Assembly: GCA_036252795.1 (NCBI GenBank)
Contig: DASYHY010000061.1
Location: 22,918 to 86,917 of the forward strand
DNA length: 64,000 nucleotides
Direction: 5' to 3'
Source: Aurantimonas sp.
Lineage (GTDB): Bacteria; Pseudomonadota; Alphaproteobacteria; Rhizobiales; Rhizobiaceae
Below are positions 19,062-30,035 of the stretch, piece by piece. Position numbers and translations under genes: made by a program. The notes under the pieces were generated by a model. The model was not told the DNA's origin. It ran no database searches and saw nothing but the letters and a program-made list of their open reading frames with translations. How positions within the stretch are numbered: position 1 is the stretch's first letter; each line of letters starts with the position of its first letter.

Positions 19062-20381
19062 ATGACCGAGGAAAGACAGGACGAGGAAGACGTCCCGTCG
19101 CTCGCGGCCGGCGGGCGGCGGGAGAGGCGGATCACCTTCGCCTCAGGGGTGCTCCTCGCGCTGCTCGGCTGGTTGTATCCGGAGGCGGCAGCCGGCTGCT
19201 TCGCGGCGTTCGTCGCGCTGATGCTGGTGGTCCACTGGCCAAGCCGGGGTGCGCGCCACCGCGCCAGCGTGCGTGCCGCCGAGCGTGACGTCGTCTGGCC
19301 GGGCCGGGGCATGAAGGCGGTCGTGGAGGCTTTCCAGGAGCCGGCCTTCATCGTCGATCGCGCGCTGCTGCTGCGCTATCGCAATCCCGCCTCGCTGATC
19401 GCCTTCGGCAACATGGCGCTGGGGGATCCGGTGTCGCTGCGCTTTCGCTCGCCCGAACTGCTGGCGGTGGTCGAGCGGGTGATCGAGCACCTCCAGCCGG
19501 GTCTCGCGACGCTGGAAGACCGCAGGCCGCTGGACCGCACGTGGCAGGTGGAAGTGGTGCCGATCCCCCCCTACCAGGGCGAGCGGCCGCATTTCTTCCT
19601 GATGCTGTTCCGCGACCGCACCGCAGAGTTGCGGCTCGAGCGGATGCGGACCGATTTCGTCGCCAATGCCAGCCACGAACTGCGCACCCCGCTCGCCTCG
19701 CTGACCGGTTTCATCGAGACGCTGCAGGGCCCCGCCCGCAACGACGCCGCTGCCCGCGATCGCTTCCTCGACATCATGCGCGAGCAGGCGACGCGCATGT
19801 CGCGGCTGATCGACGATCTCCTGTCGCTGTCGCGGATCGAGATGAAGCGCCACGTCGCGATCTCGACTAAGGCCGATCTCGTTTCCCTGTTCCGCAAGGT
19901 CGAGGCGCAGCTGCGCCCGCTGGCCGAGCAGCGCGGCCTGGCGATCGAGCTGATCGTGCCGGACGAGCCGGTGCTGGTGATGGGGGACGAGGACGAGCTG
20001 ATGCAGGTCTTCGCCAATCTCGTCGAGAACGCCTGCAAATACGGCGACGGGGGTAAGCGCGTGGAGATGCGGCTGGCCCGCGAGAGCGAGCGCGGGGCGC
20101 CGGTGATCGACGCCTCCGTCCGCGACTTCGGGCGCGGCATTCCGGCCGAGCACGTTCCCCGCCTGACGGAGCGGTTCTACCGTGTGGATCTCGGCAAGGG
20201 CCGATCGCAGCGGGGAACCGGGCTCGGCCTGTCGATCGTGCGCAACATTCTCCTGCGCCACCGAAGCCGTCTTCTGATCAGCTCGAGGGTCGACGAGGGC
20301 TCGGTTTTCACCGCGCGCTTCCCCGATCCGCGGCTACAGGATGGGTCTGAACATAATAGAGAAGACATATCAGTGTCTTAG
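19062..20381 (+). CDS. phoR: Phosphate regulon sensor histidine kinase
   Basis: DFVANASHELRTP H-box, PAS-like region, N/G1/F/G2 boxes; adjacent to pst operon. Confidence 0.92.
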   Translation: MTEERQDEEDVPSLAAGGRRERRITFASGVLLALLGWLYPEAAAGCFAAFVALMLVVHWPSRGARHRASVRAAERDVVWPGRGMKAVVEAFQEPAFIVDRALLLRYRNPASLIAFGNMALGDPVSLRFRSPELLAVVERVIEHLQPGLATLEDRRPLDRTWQVEVVPIPPYQGERPHFFLMLFRDRTAELRLERMRTDFVANASHELRTPLASLTGFIETLQGPARNDAAARDRFLDIMREQATRMSRLIDDLLSLSRIEMKRHVAISTKADLVSLFRKVEAQLRPLAEQRGLAIELIVPDEPVLVMGDEDELMQVFANLVENACKYGDGGKRVEMRLARESERGAPVIDASVRDFGRGIPAEHVPRLTERFYRVDLGKGRSQRGTGLGLSIVRNILLRHRSRLLISSRVDEGSVFTARFPDPRLQDGSEHNREDISVS

Positions 20382-20382
20382 A

Positions 20383-20427
20383 CTGTCATAATAGTGAGAC
20401 GTTCCTGTCATAGAGAGTTCTTGTCAC
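20383..20427 (+). promoter_or_regulatory. Pho box array upstream of pstS
   Basis: CTGTCAT at 20383 and 20405 (22 bp apart), TTGTCAC at 20421. Confidence 0.8.
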
Positions 20428-20520
20428 GCCGCTAGAGGTTACCGCGAACCGCAGCCGCCAGACAGGGTGGCACGCAGAACGCTCCGGTTCGGAAACGTAA
20501 CTCCTCAAGGAGACTCACCC

Positions 20521-21573
20521 GTGAAGAACAAGCTCATCGCCGGCCTCGCGCTCGGCACCGCCCTTTCGCTTGTCGGCCATGCCAACGCGCAGTCGAACGA
20601 GCAAGTCCAGGTCGCGGGCTCCTCGACCGTGCTCCCCTACGCCCAGATCGTCGCCGAGAATTTCGGCGAGACGTTCCCGGACTACCCGACGCCGATCGTC
20701 GAATCCGGCGGCACCGGCGGCGGCTTCACCCAGTTCTGCTCGGGCGTCGGCCCGGACACGATCGACGTCGCCAACGCTTCGCGCGAGATTCGTCCGGCCG
20801 AGTTGCAGGCGTGCGTCGATGCGGGCGTGACCGACGTGCAGGAAGTGCGCTTCGGCTATGACGGCATCGTCTTCGCATCCGACGCCGGCGGCCCTGACTT
20901 CGCGCTGACCCCCGAGGCCGTCTTCCAGGCGATGGCCGCCAAGGTCGTTCAGGACGGCGAAGTCGTCGACAATCCGTACAGCAACTGGTCGGAGATCGAC
21001 TCCTCGCTGCCGAACCAGAAGATCACCGCCTTCATCCCAGCCTCCAACCACGGCACGCGGGAAGTCTTCGAGGAGAAGGTTCTGGCGGCCGGCTGCGAAG
21101 CTTCCGGAGCCCTGGAAGGCTTCACCGCTTCCGGCATGGACGAGGATGCGGCCGAGGACCAGTGCGTCCAGATCCGCAACGACAACACGGTTTCCGAGAT
21201 CTCGGGCGACTACACCGAGACCCTGTCGCGCATCGATGCGGACAAGCAGGCGATCGGCGTCTTCGGCCTGGCCTTCTACGAGCAGAACCAGGACCGGCTC
21301 AAGGTCGCCACGATGAGCGACGTGACGCCGTCCGCCGACACGATCGCGTCGGGCGACTATCCGGTTTCGCGTCCGCTCTTCTTCTACGTGAAGAAGGCTC
21401 ATATCGGCGTGGTCCCCGGTCTCAGCGAGTACGTCCAGTTCTTCCTCTCCGAGCAGATGGTCGGCCCGGACAGCCCGCTGGTCTCCTACGGCCTCGTCCC
21501 GGCTCCGGAAGCCGAGCGCGATGAGCAGCGTTCGCAGTTCGAAGCTGGCGAGACCATGAGCGTCGAAGGCTGA
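20521..21573 (+). CDS. pstS: Phosphate ABC transporter substrate-binding protein
   Basis: AAGGAG RBS with GTG start; AGSSTVLP, ESGGTGGG, SRPLFFYVK. Confidence 0.93.
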   Translation: MKNKLIAGLALGTALSLVGHANAQSNEQVQVAGSSTVLPYAQIVAENFGETFPDYPTPIVESGGTGGGFTQFCSGVGPDTIDVANASREIRPAELQACVDAGVTDVQEVRFGYDGIVFASDAGGPDFALTPEAVFQAMAAKVVQDGEVVDNPYSNWSEIDSSLPNQKITAFIPASNHGTREVFEEKVLAAGCEASGALEGFTASGMDEDAAEDQCVQIRNDNTVSEISGDYTETLSRIDADKQAIGVFGLAFYEQNQDRLKVATMSDVTPSADTIASGDYPVSRPLFFYVKKAHIGVVPGLSEYVQFFLSEQMVGPDSPLVSYGLVPAPEAERDEQRSQFEAGETMSVEG

Positions 21574-21611
21574 TTTCGCCTCCCTGCATGCGCGCCTGCG
21601 CATGATGCCAT

Positions 21612-21647
21612 CGATGTCGCCGTCCCCTCGCGGGGACGGCGACATCG
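21612..21647 (+). other. Perfect 16-bp intercistronic stem-loop between pstS and pstC
   Basis: CGATGTCGCCGTCCCC-TCGC-GGGGACGGCGACATCG, no U tract. Confidence 0.8.
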
Positions 21648-21737
21648 GGTTTCGGAAGCGGCGAGCAGGTTGTCGGCAGCTTTCGAAACAACGCCTGGAA
21701 GCACCTCTGGCGAAGCCGTCAATGGCGGGAGTTACGC

Positions 21738-23228
21738 ATGCCGACGTCCACGATCGTCCTGATCCTGCTGCTGATCGGTGCCGGCGGATCCTATCTTGGA
21801 TACCGGCGCTCCAAGGCGCTGGCTGCCGAGGCGGGGCAGAAGCTCCATTCGCGCCCGGTCTATCACGGCGCCTACGTCCTTTCCTGGGCGCTCGTGCCCT
21901 CGCTCCTCGTCCTGTCCGCCTGGCTGATCATCTCGCCGATTTTCATCGCGGCTGAAGTCCGGTCCGAGTTCCCGGCCGATATCCTGTCCGAAAGCACGCT
22001 CACCGAGGATCTCGCCTACGGCATGGTGGAAAGCCTCGGTGCCGGTCTGCGTCTCCTGCCGGACGACGAGCGCGGCACGGTCTCCGGGGCGTCCCTCATC
22101 AAGCAGCTTCGTCCGCTGCTGCAGGCTCGCGGCGTGCCGGTCGCCTCGTCGAGCGCCGATTTCATGATCCCGCTGGCGATCCAGCGCAATCGGCTCGAAG
22201 ACATCAGTCGGACGGCGATGACGGGGATCGTCCTGATCGTCGCCCTGGCCGGTGCGGCGTGGGCCTACCGCTCGATCACCCTGCGCCTGCGGGCTCGCAA
22301 CGCGGTCGAGACCATCGTGCGCAACGGTCTGATCGTCTGCTCGTCCATCGCGATCCTGACGACCTTCGGCATCGTCTTCTCGATGCTGTCCGAAACGATC
22401 GATTTCTTTTCGCGGGTGTCCCCCGTCAATTTCTTCTTCGGCACTGTCTGGGAGCCGCGTTTCGCCGCAGCCGGCTCGGGCGGGGCCGAGGGACAGTTCG
22501 GCCTGATCCCGCTTCTGGCCGGCACCCTCTACATCGCCGCCGTGGCAATGGCGGTGGCGGTGCCGATCGGTCTCTTCGCGGCGGTCTACATGGCCGAATA
22601 TGCCCATCGGCGCACCCGTGCGGTGGTCAAGCCGCTGCTCGAGGTGCTGGCCGGCATTCCGACCATCGTCTACGGCTTCTTCGCCCTGGTCACGGTGGGA
22701 CCGTTCCTGCGCGACCTGTCGGCTCAGCTGTCCGGGCTGGTCACGGGAGAGTACAGCTCGTTCATCCAGGCGCAGAGCGTGCTGACCGCCGGTCTGGTGA
22801 TGGGCATCATGCTGATCCCCTTCGTGTCCTCGCTGTCCGACGACATCATTACGTCGGTGCCGGGCAGCCTGCGTGACGGCTCGCTCGGGCTCGGCGCGAC
22901 GCGTTCGGAGACGATCAAGCGGGTGATCATGCCGGCAGCGCTGCCGGGCATCGTCTCGGCGCTGCTTCTCACCGCTTCGCGGGCGATCGGCGAGACGATG
23001 ATCGTGGTGCTGGCAGCCGGCGTCGCCGCCAACCTCACGCTCGACCCGACCGAGGCGATGACGACGATCACCGTCAAGATCGTCAATCAGCTGACCGGCG
23101 ATCTGGAGTTCACCTCGCCGCAGACGCTGGTCGCCTTCGCTCTGGGCATGACGCTGTTCGTGATCACGCTCTGCCTCAACATTTTCGCCCTCTACATCGT
23201 CCGCAAGTATCGGGAGCAGTACGAATGA
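21738..23228 (+). CDS. pstC: Phosphate ABC transporter permease
   Basis: LAGIPTIVYG, LGATRSETI, SRAIGETMIV. Confidence 0.95.
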   Translation: MPTSTIVLILLLIGAGGSYLGYRRSKALAAEAGQKLHSRPVYHGAYVLSWALVPSLLVLSAWLIISPIFIAAEVRSEFPADILSESTLTEDLAYGMVESLGAGLRLLPDDERGTVSGASLIKQLRPLLQARGVPVASSSADFMIPLAIQRNRLEDISRTAMTGIVLIVALAGAAWAYRSITLRLRARNAVETIVRNGLIVCSSIAILTTFGIVFSMLSETIDFFSRVSPVNFFFGTVWEPRFAAAGSGGAEGQFGLIPLLAGTLYIAAVAMAVAVPIGLFAAVYMAEYAHRRTRAVVKPLLEVLAGIPTIVYGFFALVTVGPFLRDLSAQLSGLVTGEYSSFIQAQSVLTAGLVMGIMLIPFVSSLSDDIITSVPGSLRDGSLGLGATRSETIKRVIMPAALPGIVSALLLTASRAIGETMIVVLAAGVAANLTLDPTEAMTTITVKIVNQLTGDLEFTSPQTLVAFALGMTLFVITLCLNIFALYIVRKYREQYE

Positions 23229-24544
23229 CCGACGCGACAGCCAGTGGCGCAAAGGAATTCGCGCGCGCTCCCGCGCGTCGGGATATCGGGATCGGGCGTC
23301 GCTATCGCGCGGAGCGCCGCTTCAAGGCATACGGGATCGTCGCCATCGCGATCGGCCTGTTCTTCCTGGTGGCGCTGCTGTGGAGCGTGATCTCGAAGGG
23401 CTACACCGCCTTCTGGCAGACCGAGATCCTGGTACCCGTCACCTTCTCAGAGGAGGTGATCGGCAGCCGTGAGGATGTGGTCGAGAGCCGCACGCAGGTG
23501 ATGATGGCGAACTATCCGGCGCTGGCGCGCGACGGGATGGTCCGGCTTCTCGGCATCGATCCCGACAACGCGCAGGCGGTCAAAGCCGCCAGCGACCTGA
23601 TTTCCCAGGGTGTCCGTGTCCAGCTTCGGGACATGGTCCTGGACAACCCGTCGATCATCGGGACGACCCAGGACGTCTGGCTCTACGCCAGCGCCCAGCT
23701 CGACAGCGCCCTGAAGGGTCAATACGACCTCGACGTCGAGGAAAGCCGCCGTCCCATCAGCGATCTGCAGCTTCAGTACATCGAGCGGCTGGAGACCGAG
23801 GGTGTAATCGAGCCGCGCTTCAACTGGGGCCTGTTCACCTTCGGCGCCTCCTCGCGGGCGGAAACGGCGGGTGTCGGCGTGGCGATCATCGGATCGGCCT
23901 ACATGATGCTGATCGTCCTCGTCCTCGCGCTGCCGATCGGCGTGGCGGCCTCGATCTATCTCGAGGAGTTCGCGCCGCGGAACAAGTTCACCGATCTCAT
24001 CGAGGTGAACATCAACAACCTGGCCGCCGTCCCCTCGATCGTCTTCGGTCTTCTCGGCCTGGCGGTGTTCATCAACTGGTTCGGCCTGCCCCGCTCGGCC
24101 GCCCTGGTGGGCGGCCTGGTGCTCACCCTGATGACCCTGCCGACGATCATCATCGCGACACGCGCCGCGCTGACGGCCGTGCCGCCATCGATTCGCGCGG
24201 CGGCTCTCGGTCTCGGCGCCTCGAGGATGCAGATGGTCTTCCATCACGTCTTGCCTCTGGCCATGCCCGGCATTCTCACCGGCACGATCATCGGTCTCGC
24301 ACAGGCCCTGGGCGAGACGGCGCCGCTGCTGCTGATCGGTATGGTCGCCTTCGTCGCCGACTATCCGTCCTCGCCGATGGACGCCGCGACGGCGCTGCCC
24401 GTGCAGATCTTCATGTGGGCCAACGAGGCGGGGCGCGCCTTCGTCGAGCGCACGTCGGGGGCGATCATGATCCTCCTGGCCTTCCTCGCGGTCATGAACA
24501 TCACCGCGATCCTTCTGCGCCGTCGGTTCGAGAGGCGCTGGTAG
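23225..24544 (+). CDS. pstA: Phosphate ABC transporter permease
   Basis: [23 protein letters not shown]. Confidence 0.95.
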   Translation: MTDATASGAKEFARAPARRDIGIGRRYRAERRFKAYGIVAIAIGLFFLVALLWSVISKGYTAFWQTEILVPVTFSEEVIGSREDVVESRTQVMMANYPALARDGMVRLLGIDPDNAQAVKAASDLISQGVRVQLRDMVLDNPSIIGTTQDVWLYASAQLDSALKGQYDLDVEESRRPISDLQLQYIERLETEGVIEPRFNWGLFTFGASSRAETAGVGVAIIGSAYMMLIVLVLALPIGVAASIYLEEFAPRNKFTDLIEVNINNLAAVPSIVFGLLGLAVFINWFGLPRSAALVGGLVLTLMTLPTIIIATRAALTAVPPSIRAAALGLGASRMQMVFHHVLPLAMPGILTGTIIGLAQALGETAPLLLIGMVAFVADYPSSPMDAATALPVQIFMWANEAGRAFVERTSGAIMILLAFLAVMNITAILLRRRFERRW

Positions 24545-24564
24545 ACATGCGACAGGAGCCCGCC

Positions 24565-25377
24565 ATGATGGAAAATATCCAAGCGACTTTATCGAAAGGG
24601 CCTGTCGTGCATCCCCAGCGACCGATCAAGATGCGATCCGAGAAGGTGACCGTCCACTACGGGCCGAAGCAGGCGCTCTACGACATCGACCTCGACGTGG
24701 AGGAGAACCAGGTAACGGCGCTGATCGGGCCTTCCGGTTGCGGCAAGTCGACCTTCCTGCGCTGTCTCAACCGCATGAACGACACGATCGACATCGCCAG
24801 GGTGGGCGGCAAGATAACGCTCGACGGCGAGGACGTCTACGACCCGTCGCTGGACGTCGTGGAACTCCGCGCCCGGGTCGGCATGGTGTTCCAGAAGCCG
24901 AACCCGTTCCCGAAGTCGATTTTCGACAACGTCGCCTACGGCCCGAAGATTCACGGCCTGGCCCGCAGCAAGTCGGAACTCGAGGAGATCGTCGTCACCA
25001 GCCTGCGCAAGGCGGGCCTTTACGAGGAGGTGAAGGACCGTTTGGACGAGCCCGGCACCGGCCTCTCGGGCGGCCAGCAGCAGCGCCTCTGCATCGCCAG
25101 GGCGATCGCGGTCTCGCCCGAGGTGATCCTGATGGACGAGCCGTGCTCGGCTCTCGATCCGATCGCCACGGCCAAGGTCGAGGAACTGATTGACGAGCTC
25201 AAGCAGAACTACACCATCGTCATCGTTACTCATTCGATGCAGCAGGCGGCGCGCGTCTCGCAGCGGACCGCCATGTTCCATCTGGGCTATCTCGTCGAGG
25301 TCGGGCCGACGGAGAAGATGTTCTCCAACCCCGACGACAAGCGCACCCAGGATTACATCACCGGTCGCTTCGGCTGA
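24565..25377 (+). CDS. pstB: Phosphate ABC transporter ATP-binding protein
   Basis: [32 protein letters not shown]; AGGAG RBS favours ATG 24565. Confidence 0.96.
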   Translation: MMENIQATLSKGPVVHPQRPIKMRSEKVTVHYGPKQALYDIDLDVEENQVTALIGPSGCGKSTFLRCLNRMNDTIDIARVGGKITLDGEDVYDPSLDVVELRARVGMVFQKPNPFPKSIFDNVAYGPKIHGLARSKSELEEIVVTSLRKAGLYEEVKDRLDEPGTGLSGGQQQRLCIARAIAVSPEVILMDEPCSALDPIATAKVEELIDELKQNYTIVIVTHSMQQAARVSQRTAMFHLGYLVEVGPTEKMFSNPDDKRTQDYITGRFG

Positions 25378-25395
25378 TCGACAGAAGGAGCGGTC

Positions 25396-26139
25396 ATGGT
25401 CATGTCCGAGCACATCGTCACGTCCTACGAGGACGAACTGAAGAACATCGTCCGTCGCATCTCGGAGATGGGCGGCCAAGCCGAGCGGATGGTCGAGCAG
25501 TCGGTCCAGGCGCTGACGCGCAGCGACTGGGGCCTGGCGCAGTCGGTGGTGGCCGACGACCTGCTGCTCGACGCGGCGCAGCGCGAGCTCGACGAGCGGG
25601 CGATCCTGACCATCGCCAAGCGCCAGCCCATGGCCATCGACCTGCGCGAGATCGTCGGGGCGATCCGCATCTCCAACGACCTCGAACGCATCGGCGACCT
25701 GGCCAAAAACATCGCCAAGCGCGTCATTGCCGTTCACGACCACAGCCAGCCGGTCCAGCTGGTGCGCGGGCTGGAGCATCTGTCGGAACTGGCCCTCGAG
25801 CAGCTGAAGGAAGTGCTCGACGCCTATGCCTCCCGCGACGAGCAGCGGGCGATGGCGGTGCGCGAGAACGACGAGGAGATCGACGCGATGTACACCTCGA
25901 TCTTCCGCGAGCTCCTCACCTACATGATGGAGGACCCGCGCAACATCACCGCCTGCACCCACCTCCTGTTCACCGCCAAGAACATCGAGCGGATCGGCGA
26001 TCACGCCACCAACATCGCGGAGACTATCTACTACATCAAGACCGGCGCGCAGATGGAAGCCGAGCGGCCGAAAGGCGACAACACCACCTCGCTGCTCGCG
26101 CCGGGCTCCAACCAGCCGCCGGCCGGGCTCGAGGGATAA
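25396..26139 (+). CDS. phoU: Phosphate signalling complex protein
   Basis: QPMAIDLR, DLERIGD, ERIGDHATNIAE. Confidence 0.96.
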   Translation: MVMSEHIVTSYEDELKNIVRRISEMGGQAERMVEQSVQALTRSDWGLAQSVVADDLLLDAAQRELDERAILTIAKRQPMAIDLREIVGAIRISNDLERIGDLAKNIAKRVIAVHDHSQPVQLVRGLEHLSELALEQLKEVLDAYASRDEQRAMAVRENDEEIDAMYTSIFRELLTYMMEDPRNITACTHLLFTAKNIERIGDHATNIAETIYYIKTGAQMEAERPKGDNTTSLLAPGSNQPPAGLEG

Positions 26140-26144
26140 CGGCG

Positions 26145-26882
26145 ATGACCATGCGGATCGCCGTCGTCGAGGACGAGGAAGCGCTCGGTGTCCTGCTCCG
26201 TTACAATCTGGAAGCCGAGGGCTACGAGGTCGACGTGATCGCCCGTGGCGACGAGGCCGACATCCGGCTTCGCGAGGAGGTGCCGGACCTCCTGATCCTC
26301 GACTGGATGCTGCCGGGCCTGTCGGGCGTCGAACTGTGCCGGCGGCTGCGCCAGCGGGGCGAGACGGAGCGGCTGCCGATCATCATGCTGACGGCGCGGG
26401 GCGAGGAGAGCGAGCGCGTGCGCGGCCTCTCCGTCGGTGCCGACGACTACGTGGTGAAGCCGTTCTCGACGCCCGAGCTGATCGCCCGGGTGCGGGCCAT
26501 GCTGCGACGCGCCAAGCCCGAGAAGATATCGAGCCAGCTAAGTGCCGGCGACATCGACCTCGACCGGGAGACGCATCGCATCCGGCGCGCCGGCCGCGAG
26601 GTCAAGCTCGGACCGACCGAGTTCAAGCTGCTCGAGTTCTTCATGCAGTCGCCCGGTCGGGTCTTCTCGCGCGAGCAGCTGCTCGACGGCGTCTGGGGGC
26701 GGGACATCTATGTCGACGAGCGGACGGTGGACGTGCATGTCGGCCGGCTGCGCAAGGCGATCAATCGCGGCCGCCAGCGCGACCCGATCCGCACCGTCCG
26801 CGGTGCCGGCTATGCGCTCGACGAGCAGTTCACCGCCGCGAAGGCACCGGCCGCGAAATCTCGCGACACCGCCGGCGCCTGA
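26145..26882 (+). CDS. phoB: Phosphate regulon response regulator
   Basis: Receiver LDWMLPG, winged helix RTVDVHVGRLRK and IRTVRGAGY. Confidence 0.96.
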   Translation: MTMRIAVVEDEEALGVLLRYNLEAEGYEVDVIARGDEADIRLREEVPDLLILDWMLPGLSGVELCRRLRQRGETERLPIIMLTARGEESERVRGLSVGADDYVVKPFSTPELIARVRAMLRRAKPEKISSQLSAGDIDLDRETHRIRRAGREVKLGPTEFKLLEFFMQSPGRVFSREQLLDGVWGRDIYVDERTVDVHVGRLRKAINRGRQRDPIRTVRGAGYALDEQFTAAKAPAAKSRDTAGA

Positions 26883-26902
26883 GCGCCCGCTTCAGCGGGC
26901 GC
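26883..26902. terminator. Hairpin between convergent phoB and gcrA
   Basis: GCGCCCGC-TTCA-GCGGGCGC. Confidence 0.5.
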
Positions 26903-27461
26903 GGCGGCGGTCCGACACCGGCTGGAAGGCCAGCTTGGCGTGATACTGGCAGTAGGGCGAGGCGTCCTTCGAATTGTTGCCGCAGAAGTGGAAGTCCGGC
27001 TTCAGCGGATCGCCCACCGGCCACTTGCAGGTCCGCTCGTTGAGTTGGATCAGGGTCAGCTTGCGGGCGATGGGCACCACTTCGCCGGTCTGGCGCTGCG
27101 GCTCCTCGAGAACCGCGAGTTCCTCCTCGTGATCGATCTTCAGGGCGGTCGCCCCCATCGAGCGCGGCATCGCCCGCGGCGCCATGGTCTGCGGCGCCAC
27201 TGCCTGCGAGGCCTGAGCCGACACGAAGCGGCTGGCCATCATGATCTCGGCGGTCTCCACCTGGGGACGCGCCGCCTGCGGCTCCGGCAGCGACTGGAGT
27301 GCCGACGGCGCCTTGGCGCGGGATTCCAGCTTGAGCCGGTGCACCTTGCCGATCACCGCATTGCGGCTGACGCCGCCCAGCCGGTCGGCGATCTGGCTGG
27401 CGCTCAGGCCATCGGTCCACAGTTGTTTGAGCAACGCGACGCGTTCGTCTGTCCAGCCCAT
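26892..27461 (-). CDS. gcrA: Cell-cycle regulator GcrA
   Basis: MGWTDERVALLKQLW...SRNAVIGKVHRL; C-terminal CKWPVGDP...FCG...YCQYH; AAGGAG RBS. Confidence 0.95.
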   Translation of the reverse strand: MGWTDERVALLKQLWTDGLSASQIADRLGGVSRNAVIGKVHRLKLESRAKAPSALQSLPEPQAARPQVETAEIMMASRFVSAQASQAVAPQTMAPRAMPRSMGATALKIDHEEELAVLEEPQRQTGEVVPIARKLTLIQLNERTCKWPVGDPLKPDFHFCGNNSKDASPYCQYHAKLAFQPVSDRRRAR

Positions 27462-27864
27462 GACAAGCTCCTTGTACGAATGATGCCGCGGCCGGAATCC
27501 CTCACCTGCACGACACGATGGGCGCGCACAGGCACTCACTATATCTATTCGGGAACCAGGTCCGCCGCACGAAATCTGGTGTGTTGAGGGCAATTTAACG
27601 CACGCCTTGACTCCGTGACAAGAGTCGCTCGCGTAGTTTGAATCGCCGGCACGGCTTTTCCCCAGGGTTCTGCCGCTCCCGATGCGGCAACATGAAGGCG
27701 GCGGTGGCCGGGTGGCCGCCTATGCGTTCATTGACACTCGTCGGGCTGGGCATGGTATAGCCACGGTCCCGAAAGCTCGGAACGACTGTCGAAGCCTGCC
27801 CCAACGGCAGGCTTCGATGTTTCAGGAACCGATCCTGTTTGGATCTGCAACGAAGTCGATCGTG

Positions 27865-29079
27865 ATGGCCGCATTCAAGGACGCGCATTCGCCGCTTTAT
27901 GACACCTACGCACGCGCGCCGCTCTCTTTCGAGCGCGGCGAGGGCGTGTGGCTGATCGACGGCGAGGGGCGACGCTACATGGATTTCGCCGCCGGTATCG
28001 CGGTGAATTCACTCGGCCATGCCCATCCGCATCTGGTGGCGGCGCTGACGGAGCAGGCCGGCAAGCTCTGGCACCTGTCCAATCTCTACGAGATTCCGGG
28101 GCAGCGGCGCCTTGCCGAGCGCCTGACGGCGGCGAGCTTCGCCGACCGGGCCTTCTTCACCAATTCGGGCGCCGAGGCGCTGGAATGCGCCATCAAGACC
28201 GCCCGCCGCTATCACTACGTGGCCGGCGCGCCGGAGCGCTATCGCATCCTCACCTTCGAAGGCGCCTTCCACGGACGCACGTTGGCGACCATCGCCGCCG
28301 GCGGACAGCCGAAATATCTGGAAGGTTTCGGCCCGAAGGCGCCGGGCTTCGACCAGTTGCCCTTCCGCGATCACGAGGCGCTGAAGCGGGCTGCGGGCGA
28401 GCCCGATGTCGCCGCCGTGCTGATCGAGCCGATCCAGGGCGAGGGCGGTGTCCGCGCCGTGCCGCCGGAAGATTTGCGGCAGCTGCGCGAACTCTGCGAC
28501 CGGCACGGGATCCTGCTCATCTACGACGAGGTGCAGACGGGCATCGGCCGGACCGGCCGGCTCTTCGCCTATGAGCATTCCGGCGCGGCGCCCGACATCC
28601 TGGCGTCCGCCAAGGGTATCGGCGGCGGCTTTCCGCTCGGCGTCTGCCTCGCCACCGAGGCGGCCGCGAGCGGCATGACGCCCGGCACGCACGGCAGCAC
28701 CTATGGCGGCAATCCCCTGGCCATGGCCGTCGGCAATGCCGTTCTGGACGTCGTGCTGGAGGAAGGGTTCCTGGCCGGGGTGCAGGACACCGCACTGCTG
28801 TTCAAGCAGTCGCTCGCCTCGCTCGCCGACCGCTATCCCGACGTGGTGGAGGAGGTCCGCGGCCAAGGCCTCCTGATCGGCCTGAAAGCCCGGGTGCCGA
28901 ATGTCCAGCTCGTCGCCGCCATGCGCGACGAGGGCCTGCTCGCGGCGCCTGCCGGCGACAACGTGGTGCGCCTGCTGCCGCCGCTGATCGTCACGGCGGA
29001 AGAGGTGCGCGAAGCCATGGAGCGTATCGAAGCGGCCGTCGCCGGCCAGTCGCTGGCCGGCCAGCGCAAGAGTGCATGA
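27865..29079 (+). CDS. argD: Acetylornithine aminotransferase
   Basis: [35 protein letters not shown]. Confidence 0.93.
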   Translation: MAAFKDAHSPLYDTYARAPLSFERGEGVWLIDGEGRRYMDFAAGIAVNSLGHAHPHLVAALTEQAGKLWHLSNLYEIPGQRRLAERLTAASFADRAFFTNSGAEALECAIKTARRYHYVAGAPERYRILTFEGAFHGRTLATIAAGGQPKYLEGFGPKAPGFDQLPFRDHEALKRAAGEPDVAAVLIEPIQGEGGVRAVPPEDLRQLRELCDRHGILLIYDEVQTGIGRTGRLFAYEHSGAAPDILASAKGIGGGFPLGVCLATEAAASGMTPGTHGSTYGGNPLAMAVGNAVLDVVLEEGFLAGVQDTALLFKQSLASLADRYPDVVEEVRGQGLLIGLKARVPNVQLVAAMRDEGLLAAPAGDNVVRLLPPLIVTAEEVREAMERIEAAVAGQSLAGQRKSA

Positions 29080-30035
29080 GGCAAGTCGCGATGAGAAACG
29101 GCAACCCGAGGCATTTCCTCGACATCTCCGCCGTGGCGCGGGGCGACCTGCGCGCGATGATAGACGACGCGGCCTCCCGCAAGAGCCTCGGTGCCGGCGC
29201 CTCGCGGCCGCTCGAGGGCAGGACGCTGGCGATGATCTTCGACAAGCCGTCGACCCGCACCCGCGTCTCCTTCGACGTGGCGATGCGCCAGCTCGGCGGC
29301 GAGACGCTGATCCTCTCTGGTGCCGAGATGCAGCTGGGGCGCGAGGAGACCATCGCCGACACCGCCCGTGTGCTGTCGCGCTATGTCGACGCGATCATGA
29401 TCCGCACCACCGCCCATGACCGTCTGACCGAGCTGGCGGCGAACGCCACGGTGCCGGTGATCAACGGCCTGACCGACGACACCCATCCCTGCCAGATCAT
29501 GGCCGATCTCCTCACCTACGAGGAAAAGCGCGGCCCTGTCCGGGGCAAGATCTTTGCCTGGTCGGGCGACGGCAACAACGTTTTGGCGTCCCTCGTCGAG
29601 GCGGCAGGCCGCTTCGACTTCACCTTGCGCATCGCCACCCCGCCGGGCTCGGAGCCCGACATGCGCTTCGTCGACAGCGCCCGCGGCGAGGGCGCCACGG
29701 TGCTGCTCACCAACGATCCGGTGGAAGCGGTCACCGGCGCAGACTGCGTCGTCACCGACACCTGGGTGTCGATGGGCCGTGAGGAACAGGCGCGCGGCCA
29801 CAACGTCTTCATGCCCTTTCAGGTGAACGAGCGGCTGATGGCGCACGCCAAGGCCGACGCGCTCTTCATGCACTGCCTGCCGGCGCATCGCGGCGAGGAG
29901 GTCACCGACGGCGTCATCGACGGGCCGCAATCGGTCGTCTTCGACGAGGCGGAGAACCGGCTGCACGCGCAGAAATCGATCCTCGCCTGGTGTTTCGGCG
30001 AAGTCGAGGCCGGCGGGGGTGCCGCCCATGGCTGA
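29076..30035 (+). CDS. argF: Ornithine carbamoyltransferase
   Basis: STRT, HPCQ, HCLP, EAENRLH; start may be 29091. Confidence 0.95.
   Translation: MRQVAMRNGNPRHFLDISAVARGDLRAMIDDAASRKSLGAGASRPLEGRTLAMIFDKPSTRTRVSFDVAMRQLGGETLILSGAEMQLGREETIADTARVLSRYVDAIMIRTTAHDRLTELAANATVPVINGLTDDTHPCQIMADLLTYEEKRGPVRGKIFAWSGDGNNVLASLVEAAGRFDFTLRIATPPGSEPDMRFVDSARGEGATVLLTNDPVEAVTGADCVVTDTWVSMGREEQARGHNVFMPFQVNERLMAHAKADALFMHCLPAHRGEEVTDGVIDGPQSVVFDEAENRLHAQKSILAWCFGEVEAGGGAAHG

Noticed and set aside
21732-26004. Long minus-strand ORFs opposite pstC and pstB/phoU
   Set aside because: Antisense shadows of well-supported genes
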